This document shows, piece by piece, positions 43,350-52,278 of a DNA stretch of 64,000 nt. The stretch comes from Candidatus Poriferisocius sp. (GTDB lineage Bacteria; Actinomycetota; Acidimicrobiia; Acidimicrobiales; Bin134), in assembly GCA_965221865.1 (NCBI GenBank), contig OZ244918.1, positions 1,702,816 to 1,766,815 on the forward strand. The letters are read 5' to 3'. The notes below the pieces were generated by a model that was not told where the DNA came from, ran no database searches, and saw only the letters and a list, made by a program, of their open reading frames with translations. Within the stretch, counting starts at the first letter, position 1, and every line of letters begins with the position of its first letter. The translations under genes and the position numbers were made by a program.

Positions 43350-43696
43350 AGCAACTGCAGAACCTCCCTGTATGGACGGGCTATGATTGCTTTGTTACCT
43401 CGTACTGCTACCGGTCGTTGCATCAGCTTAGGATGTTCTAGTAGTAGTTGCACTACTGCTGCTGCACTTTGGTAATCGTTAATATTGAGGCCAAGTTTTT
43501 TAAAGTGGCTGTCTTGGCGTACCAACTCCGCTGGTTCTGTAGGAAGCAAGTTTACCAAGCGTTCTAGTTCTTGTTGGTTGAGTGGGGTTTTCATGTAGTA
43601 CACAACATCGAACTCGATGCTTTGCTCCTCGAGAACCTCGAGTGCGTTTTTGGAACTGGTTCAACCAGGATTGTGATAGATGGTTATTTTGGTCAT
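43346..43696 (-). CDS. ArsC/YffB-family thiol reductase with in-frame TGA at the catalytic Cys position (selenoprotein candidate or pseudogene)
   Basis: The minus strand reads MTKITIYHNPG-TGA-TSSKNALEVLEEQSIEFDVVYYMKTPL.., colinear with E. coli ArsC ITIYHNPAC(12)GTSRNTL. TGA is at 43661-43663. Total length is 116 codons, typical of the family. Confidence 0.6.
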
Positions 43697-43860
43697 GCCC
43701 TAAAGACTACACCCAATTGACAGACTTGCTAAAGAGCAGTGTATTTACAAATAGGGGGGGGGCAGCTCACTGTTGAGTTTTTTCTTATGATTATGGTGGT
43801 GTTGTTGGTTGGGGGTGGGGTTGTGGTATGCTTTTTGGATGCGTTTTTTCGGGTTTTTAG

Positions 43861-46800
43861 TTGGTGGTGTTGTGTGTGGGTTTGCGCGTCTTGTTGCTGT
43901 TGTGGGGGGGGGGGGGGGCAGGTTTGGTGAGGTGTCTGAGGTTGGGTGGTTGGTTGCGTAAGGTTTTGCGCGTGCGGGGGTTTGTTGCTGCGGCACTGGC
44001 CGCGGTGTTGTTTGGGGTGTTGTTTGGGGTGTTGGCGCCTGGTTCTGTTGGGGCGCAAACTTCGTCTGTGGTGTCTTCTACTGGTGATAGTGCGGTGGAG
44101 GTAGGCGAGGGTTCCGTGGCTGTTGTTGGGTTTAGTGTGTCGCCTCCGGTGGATTCGGAGGTGTGGCTTCGGTTTTGTTTTGAGAGTTCTTTAGCTGATT
44201 CTAATTTTTCTAATCTGCAGACTCAAATTGGTAATATGAACGTGTCTTTGGATAATAATGGTTGTTTTGATGGCCAGACGGTAACTGTTACCGTGGCCGG
44301 GGCGACGACTCAGTCAGCTACTATTAGGTTTCAGCCTTTGACTAATACGGTGGATGATCTTGATGAGGTTGTTACTGTTACGGTGAGTGAGGATCCTGAT
44401 AATCCGTTGCCTGATGGTGTAAGTATCGATGCTGAGGCTGATTCGGTGTCGAGGAAGATTGTGGATGAAGATCCGACGGTGGTGTCGTTGGCTCGTTCGG
44501 GTTCGGGGGCGATCACCGAAGGCGGGTCAGCGGAGTTAACGGTGAGTTTGGGTCGTGAGCTTGTTGCGGGTGAGATGGTGGGTGTGCCGTTGGCTATTAG
44601 CGGTACGAATGTGACGACCGCGGACTATGATTTGGTGTTGAAGGAAGGACAGGGGCTCAACACTGGCGTTGAGTTGTCGGGTGTGTCAACAACCGAACCG
44701 CATTTGAGTTTTTCTGGTGCTGGCGCGCAGACAGCAACTTTGCTGCTGACAGCGTTGCTAAATAATGATACGGGTGCTGAAACAGTAACAGTCGCGTTGG
44801 GGCCTGATGATGCGACTGCTAACGGTTTTGATCGCCCAGCGTTAGAGACGAACGTAAGTGGCGGTGTTAACCGGTCAAGCACGCAGAATAGTGTGAATGT
44901 GACAGTGAACGATCCTGCTGCGCCTGCTGCGCCTAGGTTATCGTTGGCTCAAGCTGGTGATGGGCAGGTGTATTTGTCGTGGGCTAATCCGGTTAATAGT
45001 TTGATTACTGGTTATGAGTTTCAACGCCGCCCAAGCGGCGGTGAGTGGGGTTCAGCGAAAGGGATTGTTGGTAGTAACGCTAATACCATTACTTATGTGG
45101 TAACCGGTCTCACTAATGACACGGCTTACACTTTCCGGGTGCGCGCTGTGTCTGGTAATACGGATGGGGCGTGGTCGGATGCGTCTGCTGCTGTGACACC
45201 AACGTCTGCTTCTACTGCTAGACCGGCTGTTCCAACGAATTTGGCGGCTGTTGCCGGTGACTCACAAGTAGTGTTAACGTGGGATAACCCGGGTAACACG
45301 GCGATTACTAGTTATGAGGTTCGTCAAAGAACTGGGTCCGCTGATTGGGGTACGTGGGCTGCTATTGCTTCTAGCAGCGCTACTACTGTTACCCATACTG
45401 TTACCGGGTTAACTAACGGTGTGACATATCAGTTTCAAGTACGTGCCGCTACTGGAAACCAAGACGCGTTGAAAAGTTTAACGCCAACAGATTTTTTCGC
45501 TGAAGCTACCCCCAGACCGGCACCACCAACGTTGCTGGTGTCGTCAAGGTCTGCGTTGCGGGTGCCTGAGGGGACGACAACTTTAGGGTATAATATTGTG
45601 TTGTCCCGGGCGTTGACGGCTGATGATCCTGCTGTGTTGGAGTTTGAGATAGCTGTTTCTGGCACTGCTACGCGTGGTACGGATTACTCGTTTTCGTCTG
45701 ATTCTAATTTGAGTGGCACAGGTGTGAGTGTGGTTAACACTGCGGGTAAGGGTAACCCTGTGATTCGTATTGACCGGGCCGCGTTCGGTCTCACTCGAAG
45801 AGGTAGCACTGCTGGGTTGATTATCAACGTGAATCCTGATAGTGATACGGAATCGACTGATGAGACGATTGTACTAACAACACCAGGCACCACCCTCACC
45901 CACATGATTTATGATGCGCCTGCGTCTGTTGAAGCTAAGTTCGCTTTAGCTTCTTCTACTTACGCTGAAGGTTTCGGTCCTTTAACGGTTGTTGTTCAAT
46001 TGAGCGCGTTAACAGGCCGGGATTTGGTGTTCCCCATATTATACCCGTCGGCTACTACAACAGCGGTAGCGAATGTTGATTACACACCGGTTAACAGTTT
46101 CACGGTGAAAGCTAATGGGCAGTTAACTCATTCTTTGGTTATTCCTTATGTTGATAATGATGTTGATGAGCCTAATAAAACGTTGTCTGTGATGTTGGGT
46201 GCTGCGCCTTCGGGTGCTACTAAGGCCACAACAGACACTATGACGGTGACTATTGCTGATAATGATGCAACAACAGTCGCTTTAGCGGTGGCAGATACTA
46301 CGTTGCGTGAAGACACTGACACTCGTTTGACTGTCACTTTGAGTCGTGATTTAGTGGCTGGTGAAATAGTGCGGGTGCCTTTGACTGTAAGCGGAACTGG
46401 TGTGACAGCTGATGATTACACGTTGGAGTTGGCTTCGGATGCGGGGTTGAACACGGGTGTTAGGTTGAACATTGCCTCTCCTTTTAGTGCTGCTTCACCG
46501 CAGGTAGTGTTCACAGGTAGTAGCGGCACCGAACAGGTCGCTACTTTGGTGTTGAGCGCTTCCTATGATGCTACCTCTGAGGGTGCGGAGACGTTGCAGG
46601 TTGGTTTCGGTGCGGTTACAAGCAATTTAGCTCACCCGGATCGGTCTACGTTTACTGCTGCTGGTACTACTGCGGGTGCCCCGGTTGATGTGACAGTGAA
46701 TAATTTGGATGCCCCAGCAGCGCCTACAGGACTCGCCGCGACTGCGGGGGACACGCAAGTGTCGCTGGTTTGGGATGATCCGGGTAATAATTTGATTACT

Positions 46801-49800
46801 GGGTACCAGTTTCGTAGAGGTTCAGGTGACCCGTTTAGTTGGGGTACGCATAAAGGTGTTGCTAATAGTGATGCGTCTACTACGTCTTATGTGGTGACGT
46901 CTTTGACTAATAGCACGGAGTACAGTTTTCAGGTACGCGCTTTAATTAACAGTGTGGAAGGTGCTTGGTCTAGCACAGTTAAAGCTACTCCTACGTCTAG
47001 TTCTACTGCTCCTCCGGCTGCTCCTTCAAACGTCACCGCCACAGCTGGTGACACACAAGTAGTATTAACGTGGGCTAACCCAGGTAACGCGGCTATTACC
47101 GGCTATGAGGTGCGCCAGCGTGCCGGGTCTTCTGGTAGTTGGGGTTCGTGGGCTGCTATTGCTTCAAGCAGCGCTACTACTGTTACCCACACTGCAACCG
47201 GGTTAACTAACGGCATTGAGTATAGTTTTGAGGTGCGCGCGGTTGCGGGCACAACACAAGGCGCAGCGTCGGTGACAGTAACCGCGACGCCGATGATTGA
47301 ACCGCCTATTTTGAATCTTTTTCGGCGTCCCCCAGCTAGGTTGCCTGAAGGTACAATAACCGATACCAATTTTGATTTCAGGTTGTCCCGGGCGTTGACT
47401 TCAGATGATCCTGCTTTAGTGGATTTGGAAGTAGCAGTTTCGGGTACTGCTACGCGTAACGTTGATTATCAGTTTTTTAGTAGTGGAACGGTTGCGGGTG
47501 TGTCTGTGTTGAACACAGCCGGTACAGGTAATCTTGTGCTTCGCATTAATCGGGCGACGTTCGGTACTACCAGTCAGGCCGTGTCGGTGAAGTTGGGTAT
47601 AAGAGTTCTGCCAGACAACACGGTGGAGTCGTCTGATGAGACGATTATTCTCACACCAGCGGGTGGTAGCGCGCGTACTTTTAGTGTTTATGATGCGCCA
47701 GCGTCGGTGGAAGTCAATGTTGAACAAAGCAGGCTTCGTGCTTCAACTCTTGAGAACCGTTCTTTGCATTTAACCCTTGTTTTAGACGCTGCTACTGGTA
47801 AGGATTTAGTGTTTCCTGTTTCGTATTCTGGTACAGCAACATCAGGGTCAGATTACACACCGGTTGATAGTTTCACGGTGAAAGCTAACGGGCGGTTAAC
47901 TCATTCTTTGGTTATTCCTTATGTTGATGATGATGTTGATGAGACTAACGAAACGGTGACAGTAATGTTAGGCGACGCCCCGTCTGGTGCTACTAAAGGT
48001 AGTACAGACACTGCGACTTTCACGATTGTTGATAACGATGCGACAACAGTGACAATGAAGCTTGCGGGTAGGGCGGGTATTGAAGAAAACACTTCCACTC
48101 AGCTGACAGTGTCATTAAGCCGCGATTTGGTAACAGGTGAGGAGGTTTGGGTGCCGTTGACGGTGTCGGGTACTGGTGTCACGGCAGATGATTACACGTT
48201 TAGTTTAGCTTCAGGTACAGGGTTGAACACTGGTGTCACGTTGAACACTACCGCTCCGTACAGCGCTGCGTTACCGCAGGTTTTGATTACTGGTGGTTCC
48301 GCTGTTGAGCGGTTTGCTACTTTGACTCTCAGCGCAGCTGATGATAGTACAGCAGAGAACACAGAAACATTGTCAATTGGTTACGGTAGTGTGGAAAGTA
48401 ATCTTGACCGGTTGGATGCATCTATTTTTTCTACAGGTGGTACTACTACTGCTGGTGCCCCGGTCACAGTTCAGATCAGCGATGAAGCTACTGGACCAAC
48501 GTTGCTGTTCACCAGGACAGGAACAGGGACACGGCTTCCTGAGGGCACAACTCTTGTGGAACACAATTTTGTGTTGTCTCGTCGTTTAAATGGCACTGAT
48601 CCTCAAGTACTTGAATACGAAATCGGGTTGGGTGGCACCGCTACTCGGGGTGCTGATTACACGTTAAGGTTTGTTTCGCAAGCACGCCACTCTGATGGTG
48701 TCACCGTCATTAACACTGCTGGTAGCAGTAATCCTGTTTTGCGTATCAACAGAACAGTGTTTGGCAGCAGGTTAACCAGGGGTACTGTTGGTTTAGTTTT
48801 GAGTGTAACAGCCGATAACACTGTTGAATCAGCTGCTGAAACAATTACTTTAACAACATCAGGCGGCAGCCTGGCTTACACGATTTATGATGCGCCTGCG
48901 TCTGTTGAAGCCAAGTTCACACGAGCCGCTTACGGGTATCAAGAAGGCAATAGAGTCTTTACAGTTGTGATTCAATTAAACGAACCAACAGGCAAAGATT
49001 TAGTGTTCCCCTTATCGTACCCGCAGCCTACAACAGCGGTATCAGGGGTTGATTACACACCGGTTGATAGTTACACTGTGAAAGCTAACGGGGAGTTAAA
49101 TCACGCAATCTCATTCCTATACAATGATAATAACCTTGATGAACTAACTAAAACATTGACTGTGATGTTAGGCGCAGCACCTGATGGTGTTACTAAAGGC
49201 ACCCCAGACACCGCAACAGTGACTATCTATGATAATACTCCCACAGCAGTTACTTTAGCCGTAAACGGTTCGTCTTCAATTGAAGAAGACACTAGTACTC
49301 AGCTCACTGTGACTTTGGGTCGTGATCTAGTGGCCGGTGAGATAGTGCGGGTGCCTTTGACTGTGAGCGGTACGGGTGTGACAGCCGATGATTACACGTT
49401 GGAGTTGGCTTCGGATGCGGGTGTGAATACTGGTGTAACTTTGAACACTGCTAACCCGTATAGTGCTGCTGAACCCCAAATAGTGTTCACTGGGGGCAGT
49501 AGTGTTGAGCGGGTAGCTACTTTAGTGTTAAAAGCGGTTGCTGATAATGATGATACTGAAACTTCTGAAACTATGACTATTAGTTTCGGTTCGGTTACAA
49601 GCAACTTAGATCAAATAAACCCGTCTGTTTTCGATGGGAGTGGTACTGCTGCTGGTGAGCCGGTGGAAATACTATTAGGCGCAGCTGTTTTGACTTTGTC
49701 TGTTGATAGTGGCACTGCTAATCCCACGGAGGTGGTTGAAGGCGAGTTGTTGATGATTACTGTTACGCGTAGCCAAGCTAACCGGACTGGTGCTGATATT

Positions 49801-51861
49801 AATGTTCCGTTCCGTTTGTTGATCGATGATGTAGGTTTAGTGGGTTTAGCTGATTTCACTATTCACAATGGTGATACTACTAGTTCAGCTAGTTTGAAAG
49901 CTCCTAACGACCGGTATGATGAACCAACTAAACAAGCATGGACAGCGGAATTGAACACTGCGTTGCTACCCGAAAATCATGTTGCTGATACATCTCGGGT
50001 GGCATTTACTGTTACAGATAATGATCCGACCACGGTTACTCTCAACGGGCTTGCAGGTGATATCGCTGAGGACACGGTGAAACGATTTACAATCACCCTT
50101 AACCGCGGGTTAGTAGCCGGTGAAACCTTGCCTGTACCTTTGGTTTTTGGTGGTACTGCTACCCGCAACGCGGATTACACTACTGCTTGCCCTGATCCTT
50201 TGCCGGTGGGAATACAATGCAATAATCTTGATACCGCTGAGACGCCGACTGTAACATTCACTGGCCCTCAACAAGGTGTAACAGCCCGTTCGGTTACTTT
50301 AACAGTCACCGCCCAAGCAGACCTATACACTGAAAACGACGAAACTCTGCGCATCGCTTTAGCACCCCTAAACGCTGATTCTGGTGACGGTTTAGGCGGC
50401 GGCGCGGTTGCTGTCAACGATTTTGATGCGTTCAACATCACAGACACCACCGACCCAGCAACCGCAATACAACCACCCCCAGAAGACCCTGAAGAACCTG
50501 TTGATCCTGAACCTGAAACAGTACCAACAACGCCCATATATCAAGTACCCACCAGCCTCATAGCTGATGTGCGCGGTTACGCTGCTGAAACTCACAATGG
50601 TGCCGCGCATGTGCGCCGTTGGCAACAAGTCTTGTTAGCGTTCGGTGACACCGTTAATGGGTTCACCGGCGCTCCGATCACTCTCACCGAAGCGCGAACC
50701 TATGCGCAACAGTTCTGGAGTGTTCGCTGGGATCCGGTAGTTGAAGCACTACAACAACTCGCCAACAACCCCCAACCCCAACCCACCGCAACACCTCAAC
50801 CCACTCCAACATCCACACCAACACCATCTGTTTACACCGTGCCAGCCAGCCTCATAGCTGATGTGCGCGGTTACGCTGCTGAAACTCACAATGGTGCCGC
50901 GCACGTGCGCCGTTGGCAAAGAGTCTTGCTCGCGTTCGGTGAAGACGTGCCAGGCTTCACTGGCACCCCGATCACCCTCACTCAAGCGCGAACCTATGCG
51001 CAACAGTTCTGGGGCAGCCGCTGGGATCCTGTAGTTGAAGCATTGCAACAACTCGCCAACAACCCGCCACCCCAACCTAACGACCCGTCGCCTAACAATC
51101 CGCCGCCTAACAATCCTTCAGTTGACCCACAGCCAAAACCTGTGCTGCCCAGAATCGGTGTTACAGCACCCACCGATATCACCGAAGGCCAAACCGCCGA
51201 TTTCACATTCACCGCTGTGTCCGCCCCCGCAACCCCGCTCACTGTCACTGTCAACATAATCACAACAGGTGATTATGGCATCACCGCTGGCAGCCGCACC
51301 GTGACCATAGACACCAACGGCACCGCCACACTGTCACTAGCTACCATTGGTGACAGCGTTGACGAACCAAACGGCACTATCACCGTCACACTTACCACCA
51401 GTAACACCTATAATGTTGACTCTGCTGCTGCGACTGCGACGGTTACTATCGCAGACGACGACGCACCAGTACAAACCACAAGCACACCTATTATTTCTAT
51501 AGCCGACCAAACCATCACCGAAGGCACCTCCTGTCGTACCCCCGCCCCCTGGTCCTGCCTCAACTTATACCCTGTCACTGTCACTTTGAACCAACCCCAC
51601 CACCAAAGCGTGTGGGTCTCATTCACCATCACCCAACTCGGACAAGGAACAGGCTATGCCACCGCGAACCAAGACTTCGCCGCACGCGACCGAAGAAGCT
51701 TCATCATCGCCGCAGGCCAAACCACCAAAAACATATACGTCAACATCAAAGACGACAACACCAAAGAACCCGACGAAACCTTCCAAATCACCCTACACAA
51801 CCCCCTCCGCGGACAAATCGGCGACGGACAAGCCACCATCACCATCAAAGACAACGACTAA
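43861..51861 (+). CDS. Giant secreted Calx-beta-like/FN3 repeat protein (2666 aa as listed; likely start GTG 43972)
   Basis: Signal-peptide-like RGFVAAALAAVLFGVLFGVLAPGSVGA-QT. Contains two FN3 pairs, many Calx-beta-like modules (..DNDATTV.., VD.DVDEPN.TL.V.L), three super-repeats and two 98-aa C-terminal modules. An AAGG lies 8 nt before 43972. Confidence 0.85.
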   Translation: MVVLCVGLRVLLLLWGGGGAGLVRCLRLGGWLRKVLRVRGFVAAALAAVLFGVLFGVLAPGSVGAQTSSVVSSTGDSAVEVGEGSVAVVGFSVSPPVDSEVWLRFCFESSLADSNFSNLQTQIGNMNVSLDNNGCFDGQTVTVTVAGATTQSATIRFQPLTNTVDDLDEVVTVTVSEDPDNPLPDGVSIDAEADSVSRKIVDEDPTVVSLARSGSGAITEGGSAELTVSLGRELVAGEMVGVPLAISGTNVTTADYDLVLKEGQGLNTGVELSGVSTTEPHLSFSGAGAQTATLLLTALLNNDTGAETVTVALGPDDATANGFDRPALETNVSGGVNRSSTQNSVNVTVNDPAAPAAPRLSLAQAGDGQVYLSWANPVNSLITGYEFQRRPSGGEWGSAKGIVGSNANTITYVVTGLTNDTAYTFRVRAVSGNTDGAWSDASAAVTPTSASTARPAVPTNLAAVAGDSQVVLTWDNPGNTAITSYEVRQRTGSADWGTWAAIASSSATTVTHTVTGLTNGVTYQFQVRAATGNQDALKSLTPTDFFAEATPRPAPPTLLVSSRSALRVPEGTTTLGYNIVLSRALTADDPAVLEFEIAVSGTATRGTDYSFSSDSNLSGTGVSVVNTAGKGNPVIRIDRAAFGLTRRGSTAGLIINVNPDSDTESTDETIVLTTPGTTLTHMIYDAPASVEAKFALASSTYAEGFGPLTVVVQLSALTGRDLVFPILYPSATTTAVANVDYTPVNSFTVKANGQLTHSLVIPYVDNDVDEPNKTLSVMLGAAPSGATKATTDTMTVTIADNDATTVALAVADTTLREDTDTRLTVTLSRDLVAGEIVRVPLTVSGTGVTADDYTLELASDAGLNTGVRLNIASPFSAASPQVVFTGSSGTEQVATLVLSASYDATSEGAETLQVGFGAVTSNLAHPDRSTFTAAGTTAGAPVDVTVNNLDAPAAPTGLAATAGDTQVSLVWDDPGNNLITGYQFRRGSGDPFSWGTHKGVANSDASTTSYVVTSLTNSTEYSFQVRALINSVEGAWSSTVKATPTSSSTAPPAAPSNVTATAGDTQVVLTWANPGNAAITGYEVRQRAGSSGSWGSWAAIASSSATTVTHTATGLTNGIEYSFEVRAVAGTTQGAASVTVTATPMIEPPILNLFRRPPARLPEGTITDTNFDFRLSRALTSDDPALVDLEVAVSGTATRNVDYQFFSSGTVAGVSVLNTAGTGNLVLRINRATFGTTSQAVSVKLGIRVLPDNTVESSDETIILTPAGGSARTFSVYDAPASVEVNVEQSRLRASTLENRSLHLTLVLDAATGKDLVFPVSYSGTATSGSDYTPVDSFTVKANGRLTHSLVIPYVDDDVDETNETVTVMLGDAPSGATKGSTDTATFTIVDNDATTVTMKLAGRAGIEENTSTQLTVSLSRDLVTGEEVWVPLTVSGTGVTADDYTFSLASGTGLNTGVTLNTTAPYSAALPQVLITGGSAVERFATLTLSAADDSTAENTETLSIGYGSVESNLDRLDASIFSTGGTTTAGAPVTVQISDEATGPTLLFTRTGTGTRLPEGTTLVEHNFVLSRRLNGTDPQVLEYEIGLGGTATRGADYTLRFVSQARHSDGVTVINTAGSSNPVLRINRTVFGSRLTRGTVGLVLSVTADNTVESAAETITLTTSGGSLAYTIYDAPASVEAKFTRAAYGYQEGNRVFTVVIQLNEPTGKDLVFPLSYPQPTTAVSGVDYTPVDSYTVKANGELNHAISFLYNDNNLDELTKTLTVMLGAAPDGVTKGTPDTATVTIYDNTPTAVTLAVNGSSSIEEDTSTQLTVTLGRDLVAGEIVRVPLTVSGTGVTADDYTLELASDAGVNTGVTLNTANPYSAAEPQIVFTGGSSVERVATLVLKAVADNDDTETSETMTISFGSVTSNLDQINPSVFDGSGTAAGEPVEILLGAAVLTLSVDSGTANPTEVVEGELLMITVTRSQANRTGADINVPFRLLIDDVGLVGLADFTIHNGDTTSSASLKAPNDRYDEPTKQAWTAELNTALLPENHVADTSRVAFTVTDNDPTTVTLNGLAGDIAEDTVKRFTITLNRGLVAGETLPVPLVFGGTATRNADYTTACPDPLPVGIQCNNLDTAETPTVTFTGPQQGVTARSVTLTVTAQADLYTENDETLRIALAPLNADSGDGLGGGAVAVNDFDAFNITDTTDPATAIQPPPEDPEEPVDPEPETVPTTPIYQVPTSLIADVRGYAAETHNGAAHVRRWQQVLLAFGDTVNGFTGAPITLTEARTYAQQFWSVRWDPVVEALQQLANNPQPQPTATPQPTPTSTPTPSVYTVPASLIADVRGYAAETHNGAAHVRRWQRVLLAFGEDVPGFTGTPITLTQARTYAQQFWGSRWDPVVEALQQLANNPPPQPNDPSPNNPPPNNPSVDPQPKPVLPRIGVTAPTDITEGQTADFTFTAVSAPATPLTVTVNIITTGDYGITAGSRTVTIDTNGTATLSLATIGDSVDEPNGTITVTLTTSNTYNVDSAAATATVTIADDDAPVQTTSTPIISIADQTITEGTSCRTPAPWSCLNLYPVTVTLNQPHHQSVWVSFTITQLGQGTGYATANQDFAARDRRSFIIAAGQTTKNIYVNIKDDNTKEPDETFQITLHNPLRGQIGDGQATITIKDND
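43904..43918 (+). repeat. Homopolymeric G15 tract in the giant gene 1 leader / extreme 5' end
   Basis: Counted directly. Lies 54 nt upstream of GTG 43972, where a signal-peptide-like sequence starts. A G9 run is at 43754-43762. Confidence 0.95.
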
Positions 51862-51882
51862 CCCCGTTGGGGGTTAGTCGTT
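51853..51882. terminator. 13-bp perfect palindromic hairpin between convergent genes (bidirectional terminator candidate)
   Basis: aacgactaacccc-gttg-ggggttagtcgtt. Both stop codons (51859-61 and 51874-76) lie inside the stem. There is no U-tract. Confidence 0.5.
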
Positions 51883-52278
51883 GGGGCGTGGTAGTCCGGC
51901 GGCGGTTTCGAGGCGAGCTAGGCGGTCGGTGTGGTCGAGGAGTATCGCGTTGATTTCAGCAAATCCTGCCTGCATTTCTGTGCGTACGCTGCTGATTTCG
52001 GTGCGTAGTTCGGTGCTTAGTTCTGTGCGTACGTTGTTGATTTCGGTGCGTAGTTGAGTGTCGAGGTTGTCTATGCGGTTGCCGAGTGAGTTGATTTGTG
52101 AGATGATTATGCTTAACAGCACAGATACTAGGGTAACTAGTAGTGTGCCGACCACCGAGCTGAGGGATGGGAGCCATTTACGTGTTGTGCTTTGTGTGTC
52201 ACCGGTTTGAGATTGCGCGGTGTCGCTCATCTCGACAGTGGTTGTTTCGGTTGGCACGTTTTGTATTATAGCAGCCAT
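51874..52278 (-). CDS. Membrane-anchored coiled-coil protein, unknown function
   Basis: AGGAGG SD, one TM (VVGTLLVTLVSVLLSIIIS), and a repeated RTEINNVRTELSTELRTEISSVRTEM. Confidence 0.65.
   Translation of the reverse strand: MAAIIQNVPTETTTVEMSDTAQSQTGDTQSTTRKWLPSLSSVVGTLLVTLVSVLLSIIISQINSLGNRIDNLDTQLRTEINNVRTELSTELRTEISSVRTEMQAGFAEINAILLDHTDRLARLETAAGLPRPND

Noticed and set aside
43729-44058. Minus-strand ORFs (43729-44058, 43745-43996) and + ORF 43739-43930 at the 5' end of giant gene 1
   Set aside because: The same compositional artefact, with no domain content. The frame-2 + ORF is mentioned only in connection with the G15 tract.
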